DNA from: a virus
IMG/VR virus record: IMGVR_UViG_3300021498_000001
Location: 1 to 64,000 of that record
Length of the DNA stretch: 64,000 bases
Strand: one strand, 5' to 3'
Shown here: positions 39,538 through 50,008 of the stretch, piece after piece
How the letters are laid out: every line of letters starts with the position of its first letter
How positions within the stretch are numbered: the first letter of the stretch is position 1
The notes under the pieces: generated by a model
Told to the model about the DNA's origin: nothing
The model's database searches: none
Seen by the model: the letters and a program-made list of their open reading frames with translations, nothing else
Made by a program: the position numbers and the translations under genes

Positions 39538-41736
39538 ATGAGCAAAAAGTTTGAGTTAAAACATAGGCGTTCACTTAACTCTAAGGTATTTTACAATGGA
39601 GATGGGACTTTCACTCTTCGTGCGCATGTGGGGCATATCCATTACAAAGACAAACAGACAAGAGAGTTTGAGGATATAGACCCCACTTTGATTCCTACTG
39701 AAAATGGCTGGGAAATGCGAAAGTCCAATTACGAGGCTGAGATTCCTAAATATGCTGATGGTGAGTTTAAATTTATTCACTCTTGCCTAATAGATATTAA
39801 CACAAAGAAGGATTTGGAACTGCCAGAGGAGTGTATCTCCTTTATTCCTTTGGGTGTGTCTCATGTTGATGGTAGATTGGATGAAGGCAAGAGGAAAGTT
39901 ACATATCCAAATGCATTTGGAGATGGGATTGACTTGGAAATCGAGACAGGCAAACTAAGCCTCAGAAAATATATTGTCATTAGAAAACAGCCTGAAGAGT
40001 TGACCAAAGATTTGGAGTTTTCATTTGTGGTATCCCTTCCCCATATGGATGCTAAGGTCAAATGGAAAGACAGAGAGACAGGTAAGTTTGTAGAATGGAG
40101 GAAAGACAAGGATGTTGAAATTCTTGGAGATGTACCTCTTACTCTGGGCAAGAATCGTGAGACTTGGATTCGTCCTTTAAGGATTTGGGATTCTGCGGGT
40201 AATAAGGCTTATATTAAAGTCAAATTAAGGATAATAAATAACAAACCAGTTCTTACCAAAATTCTGCCTAAAGACTTTTTACTCAAAGCTACGTATCCAG
40301 TTTATACAGATACCACGACAAGTTATTATTCAGGAAGTGGGGATGGATATGTTGAAAATTCTAACAGCAATTGGAATATTTGCCATGATGCTACATCGGG
40401 AAGTGATAGTGACTATATTTACGCTGCTACCTTTATCTCTTCTCATGTTGAATCGAGCAACTATGTTATAAGGAGAGCGTTTTTTCCTATTGATACCTCT
40501 AGCATACCTGATAATGCTGAGATTCAATCAGCAACCTTTCATTTTGATATTTATTCGATTGATCAAAAAAAGGGCACAAATTATTTTGCATTAGTTCAAA
40601 CATCTCAAGCGTCCGTGACATCATTAACAAATGATGATTTTGACCAATGCGGAGCCGTGAATAATCCTACTGAAGGAGCAGATAGACTACAAGTGCCTTC
40701 TTCTACTGGATGGTATTCATTTTCGTTAAATTCTACTGGTTTGGGTTGGATTAATAAGACTGGATACACCAAATTGGGCATCAGGTCTGGAGATTTAGAT
40801 TGTGATGATGTTGCTCCTACCGATGGATCTCATGAATTTTGTGTTCAAGTTTATACTTCGGAGAGTTCTTATGACCCTTACTTAGAAGTAACTTATGGCT
40901 TTTTTGGTGATGTAACCTTAGCAATGTCACAGTCTCAGTCTCAAGAAAGCCTAGCAACATTTCAGGGTGATATCTCACTGTCTCATTGCTTATCTCAACA
41001 ACAAAATGGCCTGATATCGTTTTTCGCATCTATTTCTCTAGACCATGCCATGTCTCAGGCACAAGATAGAGTAAAAATATCTCTAGTGAATCTTCCACTT
41101 TCTCATTCTTTATCTCAAACTCAATCTGGACTAGCCCAATCACAGTCTCAAGTGGGTTTATCTCACTCTTTATCTCAGGCACAATCAGGTTTGGCTCAGG
41201 CAAAATCGCAAATAAGTTTGTCGCATTCTTTATCTCAACTTCAATCTAGCATTAAATTAGTACAACGTCAAATTGGGTTATCTCATTCTTTATCTCAATC
41301 CCAAACTGCACTGTCTTATGCATTGGCAGGATATATGGCAAGTTATCTTTCTCAAAAAACGCCAGACTATGATGCCTTCTTACCTAACTTGCCAGTATCT
41401 TCCTTCAGTGAAAGTGTTACTGTTACGACTAACATTCTTGAAGTTGACAGTGGAGATGAGGAAAGAATACAAATATCACAACCAGACTTTAGAGTTACAC
41501 TAAATTTATCCAAATTAACAAGGAGTCAAATTGAGGAATTAATTGAGTTTTACACAAATGAAACTAAAGCCAATGGCAAGATGCGTTCTTTTAAATGGAC
41601 TCATCCAGTAGATGGGCATACTTATGTTGTGAGATTTGATACAGACTTGATTGATGTAGTTAGGCATGGATTATTTACAGATGAATTAAGCATTACTCTA
41701 AGAGTTTTAGGATACTCAAGTTTGGGTTGGTCTTAG
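39538..41736 (+). CDS. virion structural protein with Ser/Gln repeats and C-terminal distal-tail-like domain
   Basis: 732 aa; LSHSLSQ repeats; C-terminus resembles 41746..42102. Confidence 0.7.
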   Translation: MSKKFELKHRRSLNSKVFYNGDGTFTLRAHVGHIHYKDKQTREFEDIDPTLIPTENGWEMRKSNYEAEIPKYADGEFKFIHSCLIDINTKKDLELPEECISFIPLGVSHVDGRLDEGKRKVTYPNAFGDGIDLEIETGKLSLRKYIVIRKQPEELTKDLEFSFVVSLPHMDAKVKWKDRETGKFVEWRKDKDVEILGDVPLTLGKNRETWIRPLRIWDSAGNKAYIKVKLRIINNKPVLTKILPKDFLLKATYPVYTDTTTSYYSGSGDGYVENSNSNWNICHDATSGSDSDYIYAATFISSHVESSNYVIRRAFFPIDTSSIPDNAEIQSATFHFDIYSIDQKKGTNYFALVQTSQASVTSLTNDDFDQCGAVNNPTEGADRLQVPSSTGWYSFSLNSTGLGWINKTGYTKLGIRSGDLDCDDVAPTDGSHEFCVQVYTSESSYDPYLEVTYGFFGDVTLAMSQSQSQESLATFQGDISLSHCLSQQQNGLISFFASISLDHAMSQAQDRVKISLVNLPLSHSLSQTQSGLAQSQSQVGLSHSLSQAQSGLAQAKSQISLSHSLSQLQSSIKLVQRQIGLSHSLSQSQTALSYALAGYMASYLSQKTPDYDAFLPNLPVSSFSESVTVTTNILEVDSGDEERIQISQPDFRVTLNLSKLTRSQIEELIEFYTNETKANGKMRSFKWTHPVDGHTYVVRFDTDLIDVVRHGLFTDELSITLRVLGYSSLGWS

Positions 41737-41745
41737 GAGTTAATT

Positions 41746-42102
41746 ATGACTCCAGATTACAATGCTTTTTTGCCAGTTGAGCCTCAAGAAGCGGTAGAGG
41801 AAACAGAGCAGCCTTGGCAAAAGATACTGGAAGGCTCTGGGTATGAGGAGAAAAGGATTGAGCTTGGGGATATGAAATCTTATGTGCAGTTGAGATGGAC
41901 TGTATTGACAAAGAGCCAAGCAAGACAGTTGTTCAAGTTTTTTCTTGAAGTAAAGAAAAATAAAACTTTTAAATGGACAAATCCAAGAAACAGCATTACT
42001 TATGTTGTAAGATTTGACAGTGACTTTAAGAGAAATATAATAATGAGTGAGGTCTTTTCAGTTGACCCAATAAGACTCAGAATTTTAGGCGTAGCAACTT
42101 AG
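41746..42102 (+). CDS. distal tail (lambda gpM-like) protein
   Basis: 118 aa, LFKFF...FKWTNP...YVVRF. Confidence 0.6.
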   Translation: MTPDYNAFLPVEPQEAVEETEQPWQKILEGSGYEEKRIELGDMKSYVQLRWTVLTKSQARQLFKFFLEVKKNKTFKWTNPRNSITYVVRFDSDFKRNIIMSEVFSVDPIRLRILGVAT

Positions 42103-42111
42103 GAGTGTAAA

Positions 42112-45100
42112 ATGCTTAGTTTGACAGATTCACAATTAGAGCTACTGCAAAACACTTATAAATCCATAATTTGGCTTTTCGATGTTACAGACAAAAACAA
42201 CAATGCTTATTATTGGTCAACAAGGGATTATACTTATGACTCAACAAGCTATACATTTAACATAGTTGAGTTTTCTGGTATTTCTTTAAATAGAAGTCGT
42301 TCAGAAGAAAACATAATTGCACCCAGTGAGGTAAGAATCAAGATAGGCAATGTTGGCAATACCTATTCTGCAGATGATTTCACAAACGGAGAGGTTTTGA
42401 TTTCGCTAATAGTAGATGACAGTTTTATTGCCAAATGGAAGTTTAATATTATAAAGGCCTATGGCAGTTATCAAACTATCACACTGGAATGTGAGGATTT
42501 TTTGCAAAAATATCTAGAAGGAGCATATCCCAATACTCAACTTATTAAGGCTCTTTTCCCTGATGAATACTATGAAGAGGAAGATGTTTGTGTGCCTGTA
42601 TGTTTTGGCACGGCATACATTCCTCTTAGGCCTGTAGAAATAGAAGGATCAAGATATTATCTTCTTGGTCCTACAGATAGAACATATACAATAACAGAAG
42701 TTCATACTCCTTCAGAGTGGGGCATAAAATATTCTTGGTCTTCTTCGAGTTACTCCTTCAATCAATATACAAAAGAAGACCAGTTTGGTAACTCATGGCA
42801 GGTATTTCAGCCGATAATCGCGGACTCAAATTTGGATGGAACACCAGATGCATGCGGCTTGTGGATTGAAGGACAGCGAATATTAGATATGCCTACTCAA
42901 TTTAGTTATAACTCCATAACCAATCCAGCAGATGTGATAAAAGAAATTCTCAAGGATTTTGGTGTACCCGAAAATGAAATAGACAGTGATTCTTTTAGCG
43001 ACGCTGCAACTACATTTAATAATTGGGGTTTAACCTTTAATGGTGGACTGTGGACGAAGTCAGATAGAAAGTCTATCTTATCAATGCTTCTTAACTCATG
43101 CCACTCAAGAATTTTAGTAAGGGATAAATTGTATTTGTCTGTCTTGTCCAAGACAAGCCAAAAGACTATCACAACATCTCTAGTGGCAAAGGAGAGCTTT
43201 GATTATTCTAAGTTATCTGAGGAGCTATCTGACAGTGGATACGTAGCATGGCAAAAAGAGGGAGAGCCTCAAGATAATATGTTGAAGGCACTTGTGCCAG
43301 GCAAAGGAACAACAACTGATTATATAAGTGATGAGATTATATACATACCTTGGGTGCAGAATGCAGTTCATGTGCAAAAATTAGCATGCCTTGTATTCCA
43401 GAGAAAATTTTTCAAAATTGCAGAGTTAACCTTTGAAGGCAGAAGTGAGCTTCTGACACTAGAGCCAGGAGATGTTATCACAATAAATGGAGATAATTAT
43501 GGCGGCACTTATAAGGCGATTGTAGATGAAGTAGAAATAAAAAATGACCTAACTGTAAGAATTACTGCTACAAGGCATTCTATTGAATTTGATGATTGGG
43601 ATGATTTAACGCAGTTTACAGATATAACTGTATATACAACTGTTCCTTCTGCGTGGGAAGCCCTACCTTCAGGTTATGGATATGGAATTAGATGGGATAG
43701 GGAGCAAGCTACCTTATTCGTAGAAGGCACAATTAGAGTTACGGGTGGATTTATTGCAGATTCAGGTGGATTTTTTAGGTCAGGCCAAACAGCTTTTGAT
43801 ATGGGTACAGGATTTTGGATCGGGAATAGCAATGGTACTCCTAGGTTATCTATCGGTGACAGCTCAGGTGTGAAACTTACTTGGGACGGTGCAAGTTTGA
43901 ACATTGTTGGAGCATCTATAAAGACAACAAGTTCTGGAGCAAGAGTGGAGATTTTCCCTACAAGCAATATAGGTATAGTTGCCTATGATGGTGGAGATGG
44001 TGAGGTTTTCAAGATTGTAGTAGGCGGTAATGATACAGGCGATGTAATCATAGGCCATTATGCAGCAAATCAGGGATGTAAGTGGGATAGGAGTGAAAGT
44101 ACATTTTATGTAAGAGGTAAACTAAATGCAGATGATTTGGTTGCTGGGATAGTAAGCATGGATAGGATTGAAGCAGGGAGCATTACAGGAGATAAGATAG
44201 CTGCAGATAGCATTACTACAGAGCATCTACAAGCTAATTGTGTTACAGGAACTGAAATAGCTGCAGATTCTATTACAGCTACTCATATACAAGGAGACCA
44301 ATTGGATGTACTTGCTACAAAAACAGGTACTCTAACTGTGGATGAGGCAATTTATTCAACGAATAAAACTTCTTATAGTGATACAACTGCAGGATTTTGG
44401 CTGGGAAATGATGGCGGGACATATAAGGTAAACATTGGAAATGATACAAAATATTTGAAATGGGATGGAAGCGATTTGGAAATCAGAGGAATGGGACATT
44501 TTGGAGACGACAATGATTATATTTTAGTGGGAGTGAGTAGTCCAGGGTATGACCATATATCATTTTATTCAGGCGGTAGTTGTCGGGGCTATATTTGGGG
44601 AAGCACTAATGGACTGAATATTGGGACTTTATCTGGACTTAATGTACGACTCATTGATAGTACGGGAGCAATATCTTTGATTGTTAAAACTGATAGAATT
44701 GAATTTCGACATCCTCCATATCCCACTGTAGATAACAACCTCGATTTAGGAGCTTCTGGTTTCTATTGGAAGAACGGATATATTACTACTATTTATACTG
44801 ATTTACTAAGACCAAAGGCGTCCACTTCTGATATTGGTGACTCTGATAACTATTGGGAAAATGCATATATTAGCACCATTTACACTGATTTGCTCAAACC
44901 AAAAACATCCGCTTCTGATATTGGTGAATCTTCAAATGCTTGGCACTTTGCATACCTTAGTACCTTACATGTTACAAATATAAGAGTATTATCAGTTACG
45001 GGCACTGACTCTAATATTGGTGCATCTGATTCTCGTTTTGACAATATTTATGTCTCCACAGTCAATTATTGCAACACGAATGACTACTGTTCTCTTGTAG

Positions 45101-45447
45101 ATTTATCTGAGATTCTTTCTAAGCCTGCCTGCGATCTCTTGTTTGACCTGAGAACAGATGATTTTACTGTGCAAGCAGGCAAACATATCGCGCATAATTC
45201 TTGGCCTAGGTTTGTCCGTAACTTACATTATGTTGAAGTTGCAGAAGATGAAAAAGATAAATTAGAAGAAATAGCTAAACTTGTCTCAAGAAAGGTGGGA
45301 GAAATAGAAAAGGACAGCAAAAAATATTTCACCTTTGAAATTTCCTCTGTAAATGCAGATTTAATCGACTCTATTATCCTGGCAGCACTCAAAGAATTGA
45401 TATTGAAAATTAAGGAATTAGAGGGTAAAATAAAATTAAGGAGTTAA
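42112..45447 (+). CDS. tail tip / host-specificity fibre protein
   Basis: VPVCFG, NPADVI, LEPGDVI; ITGDKIAADSIT repeats; GFWLG repeats; C-terminal coiled coil. Confidence 0.82.
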   Translation: MLSLTDSQLELLQNTYKSIIWLFDVTDKNNNAYYWSTRDYTYDSTSYTFNIVEFSGISLNRSRSEENIIAPSEVRIKIGNVGNTYSADDFTNGEVLISLIVDDSFIAKWKFNIIKAYGSYQTITLECEDFLQKYLEGAYPNTQLIKALFPDEYYEEEDVCVPVCFGTAYIPLRPVEIEGSRYYLLGPTDRTYTITEVHTPSEWGIKYSWSSSSYSFNQYTKEDQFGNSWQVFQPIIADSNLDGTPDACGLWIEGQRILDMPTQFSYNSITNPADVIKEILKDFGVPENEIDSDSFSDAATTFNNWGLTFNGGLWTKSDRKSILSMLLNSCHSRILVRDKLYLSVLSKTSQKTITTSLVAKESFDYSKLSEELSDSGYVAWQKEGEPQDNMLKALVPGKGTTTDYISDEIIYIPWVQNAVHVQKLACLVFQRKFFKIAELTFEGRSELLTLEPGDVITINGDNYGGTYKAIVDEVEIKNDLTVRITATRHSIEFDDWDDLTQFTDITVYTTVPSAWEALPSGYGYGIRWDREQATLFVEGTIRVTGGFIADSGGFFRSGQTAFDMGTGFWIGNSNGTPRLSIGDSSGVKLTWDGASLNIVGASIKTTSSGARVEIFPTSNIGIVAYDGGDGEVFKIVVGGNDTGDVIIGHYAANQGCKWDRSESTFYVRGKLNADDLVAGIVSMDRIEAGSITGDKIAADSITTEHLQANCVTGTEIAADSITATHIQGDQLDVLATKTGTLTVDEAIYSTNKTSYSDTTAGFWLGNDGGTYKVNIGNDTKYLKWDGSDLEIRGMGHFGDDNDYILVGVSSPGYDHISFYSGGSCRGYIWGSTNGLNIGTLSGLNVRLIDSTGAISLIVKTDRIEFRHPPYPTVDNNLDLGASGFYWKNGYITTIYTDLLRPKASTSDIGDSDNYWENAYISTIYTDLLKPKTSASDIGESSNAWHFAYLSTLHVTNIRVLSVTGTDSNIGASDSRFDNIYVSTVNYCNTNDYCSLVDLSEILSKPACDLLFDLRTDDFTVQAGKHIAHNSWPRFVRNLHYVEVAEDEKDKLEEIAKLVSRKVGEIEKDSKKYFTFEISSVNADLIDSIILAALKELILKIKELEGKIKLRS

Positions 45448-45471
45448 ATACTTAAAAGAAGGAGGAGACAG

Positions 45472-45837
45472 ATGAGGAGAAAGGTTAGTGTATTGTTAGT
45501 CCTTGCTTTTCTTTTAATGTTCTTCTGTCAAACTATTTGGGCAAACAGTTCTAAAACATGTCCTCAAATAAGCTCAGTCACTTTATGGGGCTGCGAGTTC
45601 ACGGTAGAAAATGTTGAACAGATTTTCTCATTTGAGGATAAACTTATTTGCCATTACACTCTGATGAATTGTGACCTTGCATCAGAATACCTAGTAGGAA
45701 ATGAATTGAAGCCCATAATGTCCGATTTGTTAGATTTAGTAAGTGATTGGGAAATAGGCTGGATCAAACTCAACCAATATGTATTTGCTAACCATCGCTC
45801 GATTATTATCGACATAGGAATAGCTAGAAAACATTAA
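45472..45837 (+). CDS. secreted hypothetical protein
   Basis: signal-peptide-like N-terminus, AGGAGG RBS. Confidence 0.6.
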   Translation: MRRKVSVLLVLAFLLMFFCQTIWANSSKTCPQISSVTLWGCEFTVENVEQIFSFEDKLICHYTLMNCDLASEYLVGNELKPIMSDLLDLVSDWEIGWIKLNQYVFANHRSIIIDIGIARKH

Positions 45838-45846
45838 TAAGTAACA

Positions 45847-46254
45847 GTGAAAACAACTAAAAAGAAAATAAGCATAAAAAACTCATTTTTTGAGTCTTTC
45901 TTATTAGAATCTCAAAAGCTCGAGCGTAAAGACCTGCCTATATCCTTTGCGTTTTGGATAAGTAAAAACTTTGAAAAGTTGAAACAAGAGTCTCAGGTTT
46001 ACTTTGAAATGAAGCGAAAAATTGCAGAGAAATACAGTGCAAAGGACGATAAAGGCAAACCAAAAATAGACTCAAGAGGCAATTATGAAATTGAAGACAT
46101 GTCAAAGTTTGTGAAAGAGCTAAGAGAATTGCAGGAGCAGGAGATAGAGATGGAGCTAGATGTAATCAAAGTTAAATTGCAAGACTTAGATGGTATTAAA
46201 ATGACACCTGCTGAAATGTCTTGTCTAATGCCCTTCATTGAGATAGAGGAATAG
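45847..46254 (+). CDS. conserved phage protein found after tail fibres (DUF1617-like)
   Basis: LPISFAFWISKN...KIAEKYSAKDDKG. Confidence 0.6.
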   Translation: MKTTKKKISIKNSFFESFLLESQKLERKDLPISFAFWISKNFEKLKQESQVYFEMKRKIAEKYSAKDDKGKPKIDSRGNYEIEDMSKFVKELRELQEQEIEMELDVIKVKLQDLDGIKMTPAEMSCLMPFIEIEE

Positions 46255-46263
46255 GAGGCTTAT

Positions 46264-46509
46264 ATGGCAGATATAAGCGAAGAAATTATAAGCAGTGAGT
46301 TATTAAGAAAGAAGAGAAGAGTACAATTCAAGGCACCTTCTGCAAGTACAAACGATACAATCACGTTGGGAGATTATACAACTGTGCATGGATGTTGCTT
46401 GATGAAAGAGGATGGCACTAGTGTTGCATGCTCTGTGTCTGGCAATGTCATAACAATAACAGGCAGTGTTAGTTCAGAAGACCTATATGGCTTTGCAATT
46501 GTAAGCTAA
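46264..46509 (+). CDS. small beta-rich structural-like protein
   Basis: 81 aa, AGGAGG RBS. Confidence 0.6.
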   Translation: MADISEEIISSELLRKKRRVQFKAPSASTNDTITLGDYTTVHGCCLMKEDGTSVACSVSGNVITITGSVSSEDLYGFAIVS

Positions 46510-46515
46510 TCTGGA

Positions 46516-46746
46516 TTGATTGTGAAATCTCAAGTTGTTGAAACAGATTTAAAATTCTTAGAAGAGCTTGAGCTAACAGCAAAGTCTATATCTCAATATC
46601 TCAACAATATCTTGCTAGAATTGGATGATCTGGGAGATAAGCTGTTAAAGAATAAGTTAACCTTGCAAGAGTTTACAAAATTGGATAAAATAAGAAGTGT
46701 ATTGAATCAAACCAAAATCTTAATGGAGTCCTTAGAGGAGTTATAG
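46516..46746 (+). CDS. hypothetical protein
   Basis: 76-aa ORF. Confidence 0.5.
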   Translation: MIVKSQVVETDLKFLEELELTAKSISQYLNNILLELDDLGDKLLKNKLTLQEFTKLDKIRSVLNQTKILMESLEEL

Positions 46747-47421
46747 ATGACTAGGCAAGAGTATTTAGATGCCATAGATATAGAGCTAAAGGATACTGGC
46801 TCATTTTTATCTACAAATGATAAATCTCAGGCACTAGATAATGCAATTCAGCAGTACTCAAAAGATAGACCTAGAATTAAAATGAAAGAGTTTGATGGAG
46901 ATGGGAGCAGTTATGATTTTCAATTGCCTGATGATTATATAGGCGGTTTTAGCTGGATTGTTATGGTTGAGTATCCTGCAGGTAAACAAGAGCCTAAGAT
47001 TATAAGAGAAGATAGATATGCTGTTTATTTTAAGAATGACCTTTATTATTTAAGAATGAAATACAATGTGCCTTCTTCTAGTGAGTCATTAAGAGTATGG
47101 TACACAACTTTACACAATGAAGGCACAATCCCAGAAACAGATACAAGACTCATTGTAAAACTTGCAACCTCTTATTGCTTTAGAATGCTTGCAGCCAAGT
47201 TTGCTCAATCTAAGGATAGTATTATAGATGCAGATGTTGTGGATTATAAGAGCAAAGTGGAGCAATATACAGCCTTAGCAGATAAATTAGAAGCAGAATA
47301 TAATAGAATTATAGGCAGAGGAGAGAAGGGACATCCACCTGCTTTTGCAGTCAAGGATTGGGATAGGAGCTTGAGCGAAGCAATGGGCCATTTTTTGTAT
47401 CACAAGCCTCTTTATAGATAA
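46747..47421 (+). CDS. probable head-tail adaptor protein
   Basis: ALDNAIQQYSKDRP...VEYP...ADVVDYKSK pattern recalled from head completion proteins. Confidence 0.55.
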   Translation: MTRQEYLDAIDIELKDTGSFLSTNDKSQALDNAIQQYSKDRPRIKMKEFDGDGSSYDFQLPDDYIGGFSWIVMVEYPAGKQEPKIIREDRYAVYFKNDLYYLRMKYNVPSSSESLRVWYTTLHNEGTIPETDTRLIVKLATSYCFRMLAAKFAQSKDSIIDADVVDYKSKVEQYTALADKLEAEYNRIIGRGEKGHPPAFAVKDWDRSLSEAMGHFLYHKPLYR

Positions 47422-47589
47422 GTGCTTAGATGCTTGAAGTAGAAAAGTTATTGAAGCAAGAGATTAAGCGCATTAGAAAAATACAGATGGAACAGATAAA
47501 TACTTTACATGAGCTTTACATAGGCAAGAAGGGACGTATAAGTAAAAAATTGAAAAAGGGCATAAATAGTATCTTGAAATCTAAAGATA

Positions 47590-47817
47590 ATGCTCAAATT
47601 GCATAAGATACACAGTCAACTTTTAGAAGAAGAAATAGTTAAGCCTCAATTGGAAAGACAGCTAGGCTGGATTAACAACCTAACCTTTCAACAAACTCCT
47701 TGGAATAAAGACCTAGCATATCTTAATTGCTCCTTTGATTTGAACGAAGAAGGACATGAGAGTGAGGATTTAGATAAGTTATCTTCATTATACAAATCTC
47801 GAATAACTGTATTCTAA
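47590..47817 (+). CDS. hypothetical protein
   Basis: 75-aa ORF. Confidence 0.4.
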   Translation: MLKLHKIHSQLLEEEIVKPQLERQLGWINNLTFQQTPWNKDLAYLNCSFDLNEEGHESEDLDKLSSLYKSRITVF

Positions 47818-47819
47818 AC

Positions 47820-48239
47820 ATGGATTTTTCAAAACTACCCGAGGTAATTTTGCTTGCTCTTTGTATATTTGGAGAGGCAAGAGGAGAGCCTTTACAAGGA
47901 AAGATAGCAGTGGGGCTTGCTGTTAGAAATAGAGTAGAGAAACACCATAGCTCTTATCGCACAGAAATTCTCAAGCCTTATCAATTTTCTTGCTTTAACA
48001 AGAATGATCCCAATTACAAAAAGTTATGTCTCTATGCTTCTAAGAGTGAAAAGGAATGGATGCGTTCTAAGACTCTAAGAGACTGCCTTCTTGCTGCTAA
48101 GATTGTAATGGAAGGGATTACTGATTTTACACATGGCGCCACTCATTATTTTGCAACTTATTGCCCTGTTCCTAGTTGGCTCAAGGGATTTAAATTCTGT
48201 GGACAATTTGGGAGGCATTTATTTTGGAAAAAGAGTTAA
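47820..48239 (+). CDS. cell wall hydrolase (SleB/Hydrolase_2), probable endolysin
   Basis: GEARGE catalytic Glu, NRV, YQFSC, GATHY, GRHLF. Confidence 0.9.
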   Translation: MDFSKLPEVILLALCIFGEARGEPLQGKIAVGLAVRNRVEKHHSSYRTEILKPYQFSCFNKNDPNYKKLCLYASKSEKEWMRSKTLRDCLLAAKIVMEGITDFTHGATHYFATYCPVPSWLKGFKFCGQFGRHLFWKKS

Positions 48240-48429
48240 TATGTACATTTCCATTTGTTTATCCTTTTCATAATTGCGAATACAGAAGATTAATGGCAGA
48301 TGGCCTTCCTCGATGTATTTGCAATAATGGACAGTGCAAGAAATGCCAAAGATATTATGCTAAGCCTAAGTGGGAGTTGCCTGAATCGGTTTTAGAATAC
48401 TTGAGACATGTGGTTTTGAAGAATCGAGA

Positions 48430-48633
48430 TTAATTCTCTTTACTTTCTAGCTGAATCATAGGATTGGGATATTTATCTGGCCAAAGCCAATGGGTTTCTG
48501 GGATGCCTGTAATTTCTGCTAATTTTGCTGCTAATTGTGGACTTGGTCTTCTCTTGCCGTGTCTTATTCTAGAAAAATGTACTTGAGAGATACCTGCTTT
48601 GAATGCTATTTCTTTTCCTGTAAGTTTTTCCAT
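48430..48633 (-). CDS. XRE/Cro-like HTH regulator
   Basis: EIAFKAGISQVHFSRIRHGKRRPS. Confidence 0.85.
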   Translation of the reverse strand: MEKLTGKEIAFKAGISQVHFSRIRHGKRRPSPQLAAKLAEITGIPETHWLWPDKYPNPMIQLESKEN

Positions 48634-48647
48634 GACTTTCTAAGCAA

Positions 48648-48730
48648 AGGATAAACAATTTAGCCTGATTTGTCAAGTTATGTCAATTCTGTATGGATGT
48701 CTTGACAAATTTAACCTCTTAGGTTATCTT
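48648..48730. promoter_or_regulatory. divergent promoter pair (possible genetic switch)
   Basis: minus TTGACA-17-TATCCT (48648-48676); plus TTGACA-17-TATCTT (48702-48730). Confidence 0.65.
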
Positions 48731-48739
48731 AGGGTTAGA

Positions 48740-49240
48740 ATGGGACATGAACTGACAGTCTTAGCGATTGACCCAGGCCCAGAACAATCTGCTTGGGTTC
48801 TCTGGAATGGCAGATTTATATTGGGTAAATCCATTGAAGATAATGAGTCTTTGCTTTCAAAAATTCACAATCTCATGGTGCCTGTTGTTCCTAATATTCT
48901 TGCTCTTGAAGAGGTTAGAAATACTTATGGCATGCCTGCAGGCATCTCTTTATGCAAAACTATATTCTGGACAGGGAGATTTTATGAGGCATGGAAGTTT
49001 ACTGTGCCAAACTCACTCATAGTGCTGATACCCAGAATGGATATTAAAATGCATATATGTAAATCGCCAAAGGCGAAGGACTCTAATATTAGGCAAGCAT
49101 TAATAGATAGATTTGGCAATCCAGGAAGGAAAAATAATCCAGGCATTTTGTATGGAGTAAAGAAAGACATGTGGCAAGCATTGGCATTGGCAGTTTATGT
49201 GCATGATAAATGGACTTTGGTGGAGAGCAACAATGTCTAG
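48740..49240 (+). CDS. RuvC-like Holliday junction resolvase
   Basis: VLAIDPG, LALEE, KDSNIRQAL, DMWQALALA. Confidence 0.8.
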   Translation: MGHELTVLAIDPGPEQSAWVLWNGRFILGKSIEDNESLLSKIHNLMVPVVPNILALEEVRNTYGMPAGISLCKTIFWTGRFYEAWKFTVPNSLIVLIPRMDIKMHICKSPKAKDSNIRQALIDRFGNPGRKNNPGILYGVKKDMWQALALAVYVHDKWTLVESNNV

Positions 49241-49447
49241 AGCATTTTCAATGAAATCTAAAAACAATATTTTATATGAGATTCAACACAAGCTATCTTT
49301 ATTAAAGCATGATATTATATCAGGCCAAATTCATCCAAGAGCAGCTATCTCCAAAATAGAAGAAATTGAGTCACTAATAGGTGAGTATAAGAATAAGTAT
49401 CTTTCTACTGAGTATGCAGTGTTAGATGAAGAAAATGGATGGCCTGA

Positions 49448-50008
49448 TTGAGCTTTGATATGGACTACCCAAGCGTGACACAAATAATAAATGAGTTTGC
49501 TGATTACAGCATGGTTTCTACAATGAATTTCAACCTCTCAATCTCTAGAGGCAATGTTGTACACAAACACTGCCTTGCAATTGCAAGAGGTCTTACTGTG
49601 CCAGAATTAAATGGAGAAGCACAAGGATATGTTCAGTCTTTTCAAAAATGGATAGATTATGTTAAGCCTGAGATTATAGCTGTTGAGCCAGAAGTCAAAA
49701 ATGACAAATTTGGATATATAGGCCATCCAGATTTGATTTATAAAAAGAATGAGCAAGTGTATTTGATGGACATAAAGACAGGACAAACTCCCTGCTGGAC
49801 ATGGATAATACAGTTAGCTGCTTATTATTATTGTGACTTGCCAAATAATCCTATAAGTGCAGTTGAAATTTTGAGTCCTCATCCTTTTGGGGATATACCG
49901 AGGGTTTTTAGGTATTCTAGAGATTCAATTAATAAAGCATATTCTATTTTTATAAACATGCTTAATGTTTATCGCTATAAGAATTCTAAAGAATGGATGC
50001 CAAGATAA
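49448..50008 (+). CDS. PD-(D/E)XK exonuclease
   Basis: PSVTQI, RGNVVH, GHPDL, DIKTG, QLAAY. Confidence 0.82.
   Translation: MSFDMDYPSVTQIINEFADYSMVSTMNFNLSISRGNVVHKHCLAIARGLTVPELNGEAQGYVQSFQKWIDYVKPEIIAVEPEVKNDKFGYIGHPDLIYKKNEQVYLMDIKTGQTPCWTWIIQLAAYYYCDLPNNPISAVEILSPHPFGDIPRVFRYSRDSINKAYSIFINMLNVYRYKNSKEWMPR

Noticed and set aside
44740-45060. Diversity-generating retroelement target in the tail fibre C-terminal repeats
   Set aside because: These are protein-level repeats; no reverse transcriptase or adenine-specific template pair was seen
47429-47607. PheRS-like fragment (LYIGKKGRIS)
   Set aside because: Too short and low in complexity to support homology
49448-50008. Cas4 as part of a CRISPR or spacer acquisition module
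   Set aside because: Lacks the Fe-S Cys cluster and sits in an ordinary exonuclease-RecT module; no link to the array is visible
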